From Mustelus asterias (lineage: Eukaryota): 64,000 bases of DNA. The stretch lies in NCBI RefSeq assembly GCF_964213995.1, contig NW_027590119.1, positions 2,170,001 through 2,234,000 of the forward strand, written 5' to 3'. The position numbers were made by a program, and so were the translations under genes. The notes beneath the pieces are model-generated. The model worked only from the letters and a program-made list of their open reading frames with translations, was not told where the DNA came from and searched no databases. Shown here in pieces: positions 1 to 11,141 of the stretch. The number at the start of each line of letters is the position of its first letter. Position 1 is the first letter of the stretch.

Positions 1-1549
1 GGAAGTGTAGAAAGCTGACTTTATATTACAAAACCATGGCACATTGTTCATTATATAGAGCGGTTCATACATAAAATACCAGGGAATGCTTTTTAAACAA
101 CTCAACAAACAGACCATTCCAATCACCACAGCTGCTGTTTTCTCGGTGCAATAGTTTGCTTGCAGTTTCTGGCAGCAAATGGCTACATAACGATCAAAGG
201 TGAAAACGACGGTTAACCAGACAGAACTCTCCGTGGCTGCATAGATTATCACAGTACTCAGAGTACAGGCTGGAGTCAACGACAAAAAACTTACTGGAAA
301 ATAAAGGCCAATAATCCGGTTGAAGATCACAGCGGTGACAACGACAAGGAGATCCGTCACTGCCATGGAAACCAGATATCGAGTGATGCATTTGGAGAGA
401 CCACACCTTCCTCGGGAGAGGATCACAATCGCCATCAAGTTAACTGAGAGCAAAAGCAAAATTAAAGTTGTAAATTTATTCAACAAATTCCAAGCACACG
501 CATGGGTGCTGCGGGTTTTTTTGTGACACTTTTGCTGGTTTATCTTCGTTATGGAAGACAGCTATTCTTGGCTTTTCAAGGTTAATTATATTTCAAAAAG
601 AGCTACAAGGGCAGACTCCATTTATGTCGCAAATTTAACGCAAAGGGTGTCTCAAGTCGCTTCACAGGAAAGCAATGCAGCAAAATTTGACACCTAATAA
701 CATGAGGCGATATTAAGTTAAATGCTGAATAACTTGACAATGAGATACACTTAAGGAAACTATATAATGAGCAGAGTGAGGAAGAATGGCAATGGCAGCA
801 ATTGCAATGTTTGGGACCGAAAGGCTGTAGATCTCCGGGTTGCATGTAAAATTCGGCATTCAAGCTTTGGACCATGTAGCAGATAAGCAGAATATCCTGT
901 AAATACGCTTGACATATTAGTTACACCTGCGTGGTTAAAATGTATAATGTGATAAGGATTTGGTTTGGCTTGTTAGGATTCCACGGGAATATATTCAGTA
1001 AGTATGATGTGTCAAATTAACACAATTTAAGGAGCATCAGATGTGTTTTAATCAGAAATCCCGCTTGCTGGGAAAATACATTTCCAATCTGTTGAGCAAT
1101 GACACTAATTGTTCCGTAATGAGAAGTGAAAAAAAGGATATATATTGTCTGGAGTTTCGAAGAGTAAAGGCGATCTTGTTGAAACAAACAAACTTCTCGA
1201 AAGGCTTGACAGAGTAAATACTGGAAGGTTGTGCCCGCTGATTTTGGAATCATGCCCAAAGATTGTATTGCTGGAAATGTTTTCTCACGTTTCCCCCTGT
1301 AGCTGAATGCCCAGGAACTATAGGTTACAAAGATATGAAAAACCTTGCCTCGGTATATGCATGCTGGCAAGAACAGCCACAGAGTATTGAATGTGTCAGA
1401 GACTTAATGAGCAAGGCTTACGTTTAAGTAAAATACATATTTCAGTGATGAAAAGACGGGCTACCACTGAGCAATAATGTTTTAGAAGAAACCTGGAAAC
1501 AATTATGTCATGTTCTTTATTACCATAATGAGCGCTAACTTCATAAATC

Positions 1550-1751
1550 AATCATAGAAATCATAGGAACATAGAAACCCTACAGTGCAGAAGGAGGCCA
1601 TTCGGCCCATCGAGTCTGCACCGACCACAATCCCACCCAGGCCCTACCCCCACATATTTTACCCACTAATCCCTCTAACCTACACATCCCAGGACTCTAA
1701 GGGGCAATTTTTTAACCTGGCCAATCAACCTAACCCGCACATCTTTGGACT
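1550..1751 (-). mobile_element. HE1-type shark SINE, 3' fragment
   Basis: (catagaa)n tail plus aggccattcggcccatcgagtctgcaccgaccacaatccc; reverse complement of the 3' end of the full SINE at 9959-10308. Confidence 0.8.
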
Positions 1752-1764
1752 TTCATTAACTCAT

Positions 1765-1811
1765 TAAATCATTAACTTGACGCATCAATGATGCGTCAAG
1801 TTAATGATTTA
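1765..1811. repeat. Perfect palindrome, 23-bp arms, 1-nt centre
   Basis: taaatcattaacttgacgcatca-a-tgatgcgtcaagttaatgattta. Confidence 0.95.
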
Positions 1812-2309
1812 GTACCACGACTTACCTGGAACTCCAATGGCAGCAAGAATTGGATAGTAAATGGCATAAACTACACCAGATATTCGCCCGTGCATTCTGT
1901 ATGAGAAAAGATGACAGTTAAACACAAAGATTCTCTGTTACAAAGTCACAGGCACCCACATTAATACTGTTGGAAATCTACAGGGACGCAATTAATTTCC
2001 AACATTATTTACACTTACTTGAACAAACAGATTCAGCATTCATTTTCCATGTTCATTCTGGGAGGGGTTAGAATATTGCGATATTCCAGGGAGGGGACGA
2101 TCTAGTCTTTATGTCTCCTGCCGCCTGGGTAATTTTGAGTTGAATTACTTAATACTTGGGCAAAAGTAACGGATGCTTATCATGTGAAATGTTCATTATA
2201 ATGATACAGCTAAAAAATATTACAGCCACGAGGCAGCAGGCAGCATAGCTCAGTGACATTAGAACAGATGAAAATCGGAATGATAGTAAGATTTAAAAAA
2301 CTACTGAAG

Positions 2310-2480
2310 CTGGAATCTGGAACAAAAACAGAAAATGCTGGAAAATCCCAGCAGGTCTGACAGCATCTGTGGAGCGAAGCGGTCTGACAAAGGGTCATTC
2401 AGACTCGAAACGTTCGCTCTATTTTCTCTCTGCAAATGCTGTCAGACCTGCTGAGATTTTCCAGCATTTTCTGTTTTTGT
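2310..2480. mobile_element. Short fold-back interspersed repeat (Penelope-like/MITE-like)
   Basis: acaaaaacagaaaatgctggaaaatc...gattttccagcattttctgtttttgt inverted arms; related copies near 13150, 15900, 37120, 38940, 40980. Confidence 0.6.
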
Positions 2481-2989
2481 ATCGAAATGGGAGTGACAGT
2501 CACATGCTATCGAATGGCCTCATATAACAGAAGTTGGAGTCCCGTGCAACATATAAGTTCCTCATAAAATGTAAGTCATTCCCAGACAGTACAAATGATG
2601 CCGACAGACTCCACCGACCTTCACGTCACAATAGCATGCATTCTCACAAACACATTCACACAGCACCGGAAACATCATGAAACTGCCCAATGCACACCAC
2701 GTGGGAGCTGTCAAAAAATCCGACAGAAGAACATATGGAAATTAATAGATATGTTGATAACAATCCCAGCCCTCTTGACTATTCCACTCGTTTCTTTCCA
2801 TGTTTATTTTTCTCTGGACCCCATTTCTATTGTGCTAGCTAGATTCTCCTTGTTTTTTGGTGGTTTTAAAGCTCTGGTTATTTATTTAGTAGTCGTTGTG
2901 TCATTCGTGAATTCACTAGGCTCTCTATAATATTGCTTCATCCTGTTTGATTAGGATGCAGGGATAAACAAGATCGAGATTGTCTCCTC

Positions 2990-4090
2990 CTCCAATGGAT
3001 ACAAAATTGGCTTCTTGACGCAAGCCAGAGGATGGTTGGAGAGGGTTGTTTTTTCAAACTGGACGCCTGTGACCAGCAGTGTGCCTCGGGGATCAGTGCT
3101 GGGTCCACTGTTATTTGTCATTTAGATTAATGATTTGGATGAGGATATAGGAGGCATGGTTAGTAAGTTTGCAGATGACACTAAGATTGGTGGCATAGGG
3201 GAGAGTGAAGAAAGTTATCTTCAATTGCAACGGGATCTTGATTGTGCCAGTGGGCTGACGAATGGCAGATGGAGTCTAACTTAGACAATGCGAAGTGATG
3301 CGTTTTGTTAGATTGAACCAGGGCAGGACTTACTCAGTTAATGGTAGGGCGTTGGGAAGCGTTAGAGAACAAAGAGATCTAAGGGTACATGTTCATAGCT
3401 CCTTGAAAGTGGAGTCTCGGGTGGACAGAATGGTGAAAAAAGCATTCGGCATGCTTGGTTTCATCGGTCAGAACATTGAATACAGGAGTTGGGACGTCTT
3501 GTTGAAGTTGTACAGGACATTGGGAAGTCCACACTTGGAATACGGTGTGCAATTCTGGTCACCCTATCATAGAAAGGATATTATTAAACTAGAAAGAGTG
3601 CAGAAAAGATTTACTAGGATGCTACCGTGACTTGATGGATTGAGTTATAAGGAGAGGCTGGATAGACTAGTACTTTTTTCTCTGGAGCGTAGGAGGCTGA
3701 GGGGTGATCTTATGGAGGTCTTTAAAATGATGAGGCGCATCGATCAGCTAGATAGCCAATATCCATTCCCAGAGTTGCAGAGTCTAAAACTAGAGAGCAT
3801 AGGTTTAAGGTGAGAGGGGAGAGATTCAAAACTGTCCAGAGGGGCATTTTTTTCACACAGAGGGCGGTGAGCGTCTCGAACAAGCTGCCAGAGGTAGTAG
3901 TAGAGGCGGGTATAATTTTGTCTTTTAAGAAGCTTTTAGATAGCTACGTGGATGCGAAGGCTATGGAGGGATATGGGCCAAATGCGGGCAATTGGGATTA
4001 GCTTAGGGGTTTAAAAAAAAGGGCGGCATGGACAAGTTGGGTCGAAGGGCCTGTTTCCATGCTGTAAACCTCCATGACTCTATGACTCTA
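2990..4090 (+). mobile_element. CR1/HER1-type LINE, 5'-truncated, decayed
   Basis: RT-derived frames (FADD codons, PHLEYGVQFWSP, RVQKRFTRMLP) and (atgactct)n tail. Confidence 0.9.
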
Positions 4091-4404
4091 CTGGCATCGC
4101 CAGCGAAGCCCACATCCCCTGAATCAATAACAATAAATAATGTACTCGAAACCAAGTAGAGCATGCCACCCACAACTGTTGATCACCTGCTGAAATTCTG
4201 GATTCTCGCTGCCGGGAGTTTCGACTGAAAATTCACAGCTCAGTTCCCCATTTAAATACTTGAGTTTCATTTTAAACTGTGGGCGTGGCCTAATTTACCA
4301 TTGATCGGGTCTGAAGTATTTCAGTGCAGCTCTGATATCCAGTCTCCCAGAGCAGTCCAGCTCTGTAGTCTCAGCTCCCTGGCATATAAACCGTCAGCAG
4401 AACG

Positions 4405-4872
4405 ATGGGAATCCTTCTTGTTTTCACCCTGTGTGCCTGTTTACCCTGATGAGTACCGATCAAACTCACCCACATTGCGTGGATTGAATATAAAGCTGCC
4501 CCAGTCCATCTCAATTACAGACACTGTCTAGGATTTTAGCCCCTTTGTTTGGTCCATTAAACTCTGTGTTTAATTTCCAGGATCTTTCAATCAGTCAGTG
4601 ACACAGAGCCTGGCAGCGTTGACCAGGAAGGAGTGTCAGTCTCTTACCATCACCTGTGTTTTCTATGGAGTTTATGATTTAGAAAATTGTCATTTTTTTC
4701 AGACAAATCCAGACCGGGACGGAGCGGGAGCGGATCTCCAGCGGAGGGAGATTTATTGTACTGGTGAATAAAGCAGAAAAGACATTTTCACTGGAAATTC
4801 GGGATGTGAGAGTTGAAGACAGTGCCACCTATTACTGTAAAGTTCAGCACTGGTACTACTCACATAGGACAC
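4405..4872 (+). pseudogene. NAR-TCR (IgNAR-like) V pseudogene, cassette 1: leader 4405-4447, V exon 4581-4872
   Basis: Leader MGILLVFTLCACLP with broken donor (gatgagt vs gtgagt in the paralog). V exon SFNQSVTQSLAALTRKECQSLTITCVF... has a +1 frameshift in the T-run at ~4693-4699, then resumes ...ERISSGGRFIVLVNKAEKTFSLEIRDVRVEDSATYYCKVQHWYYSHRT. Lacks CDR2 and has a non-canonical FR1 Cys. Confidence 0.9.
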
Positions 4873-4900
4873 TGCACTGGGAGAGAGTTCGACAAAAACC
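4873..4900 (+). other. 12-RSS of NAR-TCR V1 with damaged heptamer
   Basis: tgcactg + 12-bp spacer ggagagagttcg + perfect nonamer acaaaaacc; aligns to the intact 12-RSS of the paralog. Confidence 0.8.
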
Positions 4901-5235
4901 TCAGGACAATCAAAACAGTAATTCCCAGCAATTCCCATGTTCGGTAACTTGACTTGTCGGGTTGATGTTATTCCCAGTTCAATCTAGTTTAATTTCATTG
5001 TAATTTCCACCATCAGCTATAATTCTTCAAGGCTTTTCGCTGTTAATAAGAATCTTGCATCTCTGCTCCTGTTCCTGGGAAATTTTACCAGGAGCTCAGA
5101 GAGTCAGAAGGAAAAATTTTGTCCAATGATGTTTTGTTTTTAAACAACCAATGTTCATTATTGATTTAAATCCCCTGAATAACCGAGAAACACTGATTGC
5201 TGGGTAATGGCTGCTCGGCAGTTTGAGGTGTCAGT

Positions 5236-5326
5236 CATTCTTGTGCTGGGCTGACTGAGAGCGCTGACACTGTGGGGAGAATGAAGGTTACAGATGGGTC
5301 TGGGACGGTGGTGACTATCACAGCCG
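5236..5326 (+). other. NAR-TCR J segment 1 (5275-5326) with upstream 23-RSS (5236-5274)
   Basis: cattcttgt + 23 bp + cactgtg, then GRMKVTDGSGTVVTITA and a phase-1 donor gtaagt. Confidence 0.9.
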
Positions 5327-5619
5327 GTAAGTGACTCCTAATCCCAGTGTGTTGCAGCCTGTTTAGGTTAGTGTTCACCGTCAGTTTAAATTCGTTACCA
5401 GCATCACTTCAATTGTCTGCTTCTAAAGCAGGGTGGTTTCCTGAGGAAGATTTTCAATTGCAGATTTAGACTTAGGAGCAGAGTATGAAACGGAAGTCGA
5501 GTCCGGCTGTGAGACCAGATTGAAGCAGTGTGAGACCCCAAAGGACAGGTTTCCTCCGGGGAAGGAGTTTCAGCTGATCCTATCTGGGCTATTATTGGTT
5601 TAAGGAACAGCAAAAAGTC

Positions 5620-6145
5620 GCACAACACTAGATTAAAGGCCGACAGGTTTACTTCGAATCACGAGCTTTCGGACCGCTGCTCCTTTCTCAGGTGTGTGGA
5701 GAGTTGGGTTCACAAACATGGCAGCTATAGACAGAGACGCAATTGCAAGAAAATGGTTGGAATGCGAGTCTTTACAGGTAATCAAATCTTTACAGGTGCA
5801 GACAATGCGAGTGAAGAGAGGGATATTCACAGGTCAAAGAGGTGTGAATTGTCTCAAACCAGGACAGATGGCAGGACTTTGCAAGCCAGGGAAAATGGTA
5901 GAGGTTACATGTAGTGTGACATGAACCCAAGATCCCGGTCCTCAAAGACGCGCATTCCAACCATTATCTTGGAATTGCGTCTCTGTCTACATATGCCATG
6001 TTTGTGAACCCAACTCACCATTCACCTGAGGAAGTAGCAGTGCTCCGAAAGCTCGTGATTCCAAATAAAACGGTTGGACTTTAACCTGGTGTTGTGAGAC
6101 TTCTTACCGTGCCCACCCCATTCCAACGCCAGCGTCTCCAATCAT
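5620..6145. mobile_element. Penelope-like element remnant with ~150-bp inverted arms
   Basis: 5621-5775 is the inverted complement of ~5945-6100 (gagctttcgga / tccgaaagctc, gttgggttcacaaacatggc / gccatgtttgtgaacccaac); related pieces at 21555-21715 and 31268-31420. The family name is a best guess. Confidence 0.55.
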
Positions 6146-6224
6146 GGTTTAAGGAAGGCATCGGGTAATCCTCACAACATCTTGCACTCTCACTCTCCTA
6201 ACTGGTTTCAGTGAGCGTACATTC

Positions 6225-6560
6225 GGGGAGGTGATGGCCAAATGGAATTATCGCTGGACTATTAATTCAAAAACACAGCCAAAGTTCTGGGAGTCCCGCC
6301 AGCGCAGATGGTGGAATTTCAATTTAATAATCATATCTGGAATTAAGAATCTACTGATGACCATGAAGCCATTGTCGATTGTCAGAAAAACCCATCTGAT
6401 TCACTAATGCCCTTCAGGGAAGGAAACCTGCTGTCCTTGCCTGGTCTGGCCTACATGTGACAGCAGAGCCACAGCAATGTGGTTGACTCACAACTGCCTT
6501 AGGGTACCTGGGGATGGGCAGCAAGCCAGCGACGACGCCCATGTCACATCAATGAATAAA
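6225..6560 (+). mobile_element. Deu-domain type SINE (SacSINE1-like)
   Basis: ttcactaatgcccttcagggaaggaaacctgctgtccttgcctggtctggcctacatgtgac core; related copies at ~11600-11990 (+) and ~26690-26845 (-). Confidence 0.6.
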
Positions 6561-7704
6561 AATACATTATGGACGCTCCGAACCCTGCTCCCTGCTCTCC
6601 GCTGGGAGAGAGCGGAGCCACCGAGCACAGGATTTCTCTCTGCTCCAGGAAATGGTCTAAAAGAGGCCTGGAAATGTCAACGAGGTACCGGGAGAGGTAA
6701 CCCAAAATTGCAGCAGCCGGTCCAATACCTGCAGCGGCAGGAAAACGGGAACATGACACAAATAGCTTTGAGAGCTTATTTGATACTTGTAGGTGACATT
6801 TCACGTGCAATCAGTGACTCAAAATAATTATATCCTAACTGATCTTTATTTCCTTCCTATAAACAATCATTTTGGCAGAACTGCGAAAATTGTGGACAAA
6901 TCCGTTTGCTTTATGTTTTTTGTCGATTTCAAAAACATGGGATTGTGCTGATTGAAGCATAATGAATCCCTCAAGGATTGAGTTGTGTCGAGGCTGAGGG
7001 TGCTGAACCGTTCCATGGATTTTAGTTTTGAATGCTAATGGAAATAATGGATTTGGGAATAGGACGCACAGTTAGCATTAAGGTAGATGATCAGATCTAA
7101 ACATTTCTGATTTGTACAGCGGGTCCCCAAGGTGGATTAGTCTACCATGTTTCTATTTCTTAAGTATCTTATTATCAGCATGAATTTCTTACACTTCTGA
7201 GAAAAAAAAATCAATAATGTGTTTGGGTATCGAAAGTTTGGAAAAGCTTTGCCTTTTGGCTTTCGAAGGCCGGTAAGACATGAAAAAGCAGCACAGAAAC
7301 ACTGAACATTATGTTGTAGTTTCAAGGAGCTCCATGTGCAGAAACTGTTCCTTCGGTGGGAGAGTTGTTCTTTTATCTTCTTTAATTCATTCGTGTGACA
7401 TGGTGTCGCTGGTTGGCCAGCATTTATTGTGCATTCCTGGTCGCCCTTCAAATCAATGGCTGGCTGGGCCATTTTTAAGGGCAGTTGAGAGTCAATCACA
7501 TTTCTGTGGCTTTTTCAAAAATCGGACATGGTTTCACGGTCAGCAGCAGATACTTAACTTCAGATTTTTAAAAATTGAAGTCAAATTCCACCAACTGCCG
7601 AGGCAGGATTCGAACCAGGGTCCCCAGAAGAAGTAGATATTTATATATGAAATATGAAATGACAATCAGAAGAGATAGAAACATTCGGGTATATTTGTGC
7701 GGAA

Positions 7705-8582
7705 ACACATCAACTTGCAGAGGGATTTGGACCAACGAGAAAAATGGGCTGAAAAATGGCAGATGGAATTTAACGCAGACAAGTGTGAGATATTGCACTT
7801 TGGAAGGACAAACCAAAGAAGAACGTACAGGGTAAATGGTAGGACTCTGAAGAGTGCAGTTGAACAGAGGGATCTGGGAATACAGGTACAGAATTCCCTA
7901 AAAGTGACGTCACAGGTGGATAGGGTCGTAAAGAGTGCCTTTGGTACATTGGCCTTTATAAATCGGAGTATCGAGTATAAAAGTTGGAGTGTTATGGTAA
8001 GGTTATATAAGGCATTGGTGAGGCCGAATTTGGAGTATTGTGTACAGTTTTGGTCACCTAGTTACAGGAAGGATGTAAATAAGATTGAAAGAGTGCAGAG
8101 AAGGTTCACAAGGATGTTGCCGGGACTTGAGAAGCTGAGTTACAGAGAGAGATTGAATAGGTTGCGACTTTATTCCCTGGAGCGTAGAAGATTGAGGGGA
8201 GATTTGATAGAGGTGTATAAGATTTTGATGGGTATAGATAGAGTGAATGCAAGCAGGCTTTTTCCGCTGAGGCTGGGGGAGAAAAAAACCAGAGGGAATG
8301 GGTTAAGGGTGAAAAGAGAAAAGTTTAAAGGGAATATTAGGGGGGGCTTCTTCACGCAGAGAGTGGTGGGAGTGTGGAATGAGCTGCCGGATAAAGTGGT
8401 AAATGCGGGGTCACTTTTAACATTTAAGAAAAACTTGGACGGGTTCATGGATGAGAGGGGTGTGGAGGGATATGGTCCAAGTGCAGGTCAGTGGGACTAG
8501 GCATAAAATGGTTCGGCACAGACAAGAAGGGCCAAAAGTCCTGTTTCTGAGCTGTAATTTTCTATGGTTCTATGGTTCTATG
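7705..8582 (+). mobile_element. Young CR1/HER1-type LINE 3' end
   Basis: Uninterrupted 267-aa ORF of the RT C-terminus, (ttctatgg)n tail; nearly identical to the 3' end of the element at 49064-51545. Confidence 0.95.
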
Positions 8583-9624
8583 TGAAGCTCGCTCTTTGGA
8601 AAAACGTCGTGATGAATTTATGGCACAGCTTGAAAAATATGGGCGGGAGAGAGGAATAAATAGACACACAGCTGAGGATGAGAGGAGAAGGGGATGTACG
8701 AGAACAAGCTTCGATCATCTGGACCAAGTGGCCTATTCGTGTTCAGTGGAAAGTGTAGAATATAAAACTCAGAGACTATTCTGTTCGGAAAGGACAGGGA
8801 ACAATCAGCCAATGGACTAAAGGGATTGAAATTATCACATCCCGTAAAGGCAGTTCCCAGTGAGTAACAGTAAAACCACTGCGGAAACTGAACAGACTGA
8901 ACCAACCGATAACTGAGAGAAATTAGGGCAAGTTTTCATGACGGTTAGAAACCGCCATGAACAGACAGAAAACAACTCAGATGTAGAAATAAAATGAAAT
9001 CAACTTGCAAATATTTCTAATGGAAGTAAAACGGTAGAATTGATGGACGGAAAGAGACAAATAGCCCAACGGCAGACTGGATTTACCTTGTAATGTTGAA
9101 CTGCGGCCAAAAGTCGATCTTTGACCCACAGATTTACATTGTCATTTCGGATTAATAGGTGTGGACGAAAATCTCTGTTCTGTGCTGAACCTTGGTATGT
9201 ACTGAAATATAAGACTGCTGATTTTCCTTCGGACAATCAAATCTAGACAACAATTGATTCATTGACGGGAAGAGTGAACTTTACGATTTAGTTTTCTGGT
9301 TCGCATTTCACCAACATATTTATTAGCAGATATTTAATAAAAATAAAATCATACTCTGCAAAAAAAACACAATTCTGTCAATAATGACAGTAATTTGAAG
9401 GTGCTGCCAATATATCCATTCGTTCTTCTTTTTGTCCCCACTGGAATCTTGTCCTGTCCCAGAAGTCTTTGTCCCTCAATTGCCCCTCAAGATAATGTTC
9501 AATCTGCTTCCAGAACCACCCCTTCCGCAGTGCACTTCAGGTGACTGCAATTCTCTGTGAAAAAAAGATCTGAAGATCTGCCACGCTTGTTTATTTCCAA
9601 TAATCAATGCATTTTGAAACACAT

Positions 9625-9956
9625 TCATAGAATCCTTACAGGACAGAAGGAGGCCATTTGGCCCGTCAAGTCTGTACCGACCACATCCCACCCAGTCCCA
9701 GGCAATATTCCCATAACCCCACATATTTATCCTTCTAATCTTTCTCGGACACTAGGGTCAATTTACCTTGGCCAATCAACGTAATCTGCACATCTTTGGA
9801 CTGTGGGATGAAATCGGAGCACCCGGAGTAAACCCAAACACACACGGGGAGAATGTGCAAACTCCACACAGACAATGACCCGAGGCCGGAATTGAACCTG
9901 GGTCCCTGCCGCTGTGAGGCAGCATTGGCAACCACTCTGCCACCGTGCCACCCCCT
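9625..9956 (-). mobile_element. HE1-type SINE
   Basis: tRNA-derived head (ggtggcacggtggcagagtggttg...) and conserved ctgtgtggagtttgcacattctccc core. Confidence 0.85.
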
Positions 9957-9958
9957 AG

Positions 9959-10308
9959 GGCGGCACGGTAGCACAGTGGTTAGCACTGCTGCTTCACAGC
10001 TCCAGGGACCCGGGTTCGATTCCCGGCTCGGGTCACTGTCTGTGTGGAGTTTGCACATTCTCCTCGTGTCTGCGTGGGTTTCCTCCGGGTGCTCCGGTTT
10101 CCTCCCACAGTCCAAAGATGTGTGGGTTAGGTTGATTGGCTGTGCTAAAAATTGCCCTTAGTGTCCTGAGATGTGTAGGTTAGAGGGATTAGTGGGTAAA
10201 TGTGTAGGGATATGGGGGTAGGGCCTGGGTGGGATTGTGGTCGGTGCAGACTCGATGGGCCGAATGGCCTCTTTCTGTACTGTAGGGTTTCTATGATTCT
10301 ATGATTCT
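9959..10308 (+). mobile_element. HE1-type SINE, full length
   Basis: ggcggcacggtagcacagtggttagc A box, gggttcgattccc B box, central core, CR1-like (ttctatga)n tail. Confidence 0.9.
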
Positions 10309-10415
10309 AATTAAATTAAACAAATTGCCACAACAGACAGGTATTCATCCGATTGACAAGTTTTCCCGGGTAAACAGTGGCTCAACAAACAATTCATTTT
10401 ATTTCTACACTGCAG

Positions 10416-10718
10416 ATTCCAGCTCAGCTGTGTCACCAAGTTCCCTTCTACAAACCTCTGCTGCCGGTGACCGGTTATTTGAAGCTGCGAATATTCAGGT
10501 CTCTGTCAGTACACAGTACACGTACCCTCAGACCCCAGGACAGGCTCAGAAATACCTGCTTCAGACACACATTTCTGGAGAGGAGAATAAATCAAACAGT
10601 GTCGCGGGGAGGATTTCTGCTTCTATCGATTCTTCCGTCAAAATCAGCCGGTTAAAGATCTCCAAACTTTAACTGAGCGACTCCGCTGTTTATTACTGTG
10701 AACTGAGTTGGCGCACAG
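10416..10718 (+). pseudogene. Supporting TCR V-delta pseudogene, cassette 1 (leaderless)
   Basis: Acceptor tgcag at 10411-10415. A -1 and a -2 deletion relative to the paralog (the second removes the FR2 Trp), TAA at 10670-10672, then LSDSAVYYC. CDR1 Cys codon retained (10504-10506). Confidence 0.9.
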
Positions 10719-11001
10719 CACAGTCGCACAGAACACGGAGAGAGCTGTACAAAAACCTGAACGTGGTGAGGATTACAGACACAGTGATACAGAACACGGA
10801 GAGAGTTGTACAAAAACCTGGACATGATGAGGGTTACAGACACAGTGACACAGAACACGGAGACAGCTGTACAAAAACCTGAACGTGGTGAGGATTACAG
10901 ACACAGTGATACAGAACACGGAGAGAGTTGTACAAAAACCTAGACATGATGAGGGTTACAGACACAGTGACACAGAACACGGAGACAGCTGTACAAAAAC
11001 C
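10719..11001 (+). repeat. Tandem array of five 23-RSSs, 61-bp period
   Basis: Heptamers at 10719 (cacagtc), 10780, 10841, 10902 and 10963 (cacagtg); each followed by exactly 23 bp and acaaaaacc; 22-bp linkers alternate A/B. Confidence 0.97.
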
Positions 11002-11041
11002 TGAACATGCATTTCAGATTCTTGGGAGCTCACCATGTTCA

Positions 11042-11141
11042 GGCTTCTGTATAACTCGCCCCGTCTTCTGTATCACTTTGTCTGTAATCCTCACCATGTT
11101 CAAGTTTCTGTACGGCTCTCTCCCTGTTCTGCATCACTGTG
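11042..11141 (-). repeat. Two tandem 23-RSSs behind supporting V2
   Basis: cacagtg (11141-11135) + 23 + acagaaact; linker tgaacatggtgaggattacaga; caaagtg (11080-11074) + 23 + acagaagcc. Confidence 0.92.

Noticed and set aside
250-290. cacagta...acaaaaaac RSS-like pair
   Set aside because: The spacer is 25 bp and there is no V-like coding sequence upstream.
4385-4390. TATAAA before the NAR V leader
   Set aside because: Only 14 bp (23 bp in the paralog) from the ATG, too close to call confidently as the functional TATA box.
4861-4900. cacatag as heptamer of a 23-RSS for NAR V1
   Set aside because: The spacer would be 24 bp, and alignment to V2 places the true heptamer at 4873 with a 12-bp spacer.
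10758-10962. 22-bp linkers as D segments
   Set aside because: They have a 3' 23-RSS but no inward-facing 5' RSS (no cactgtg with an upstream nonamer).
10719-11001. CRISPR-like appearance of the 61-bp array
   Set aside because: Vertebrate DNA, no unique spacers and no cas genes; the units are fully explained as RSS plus linker.
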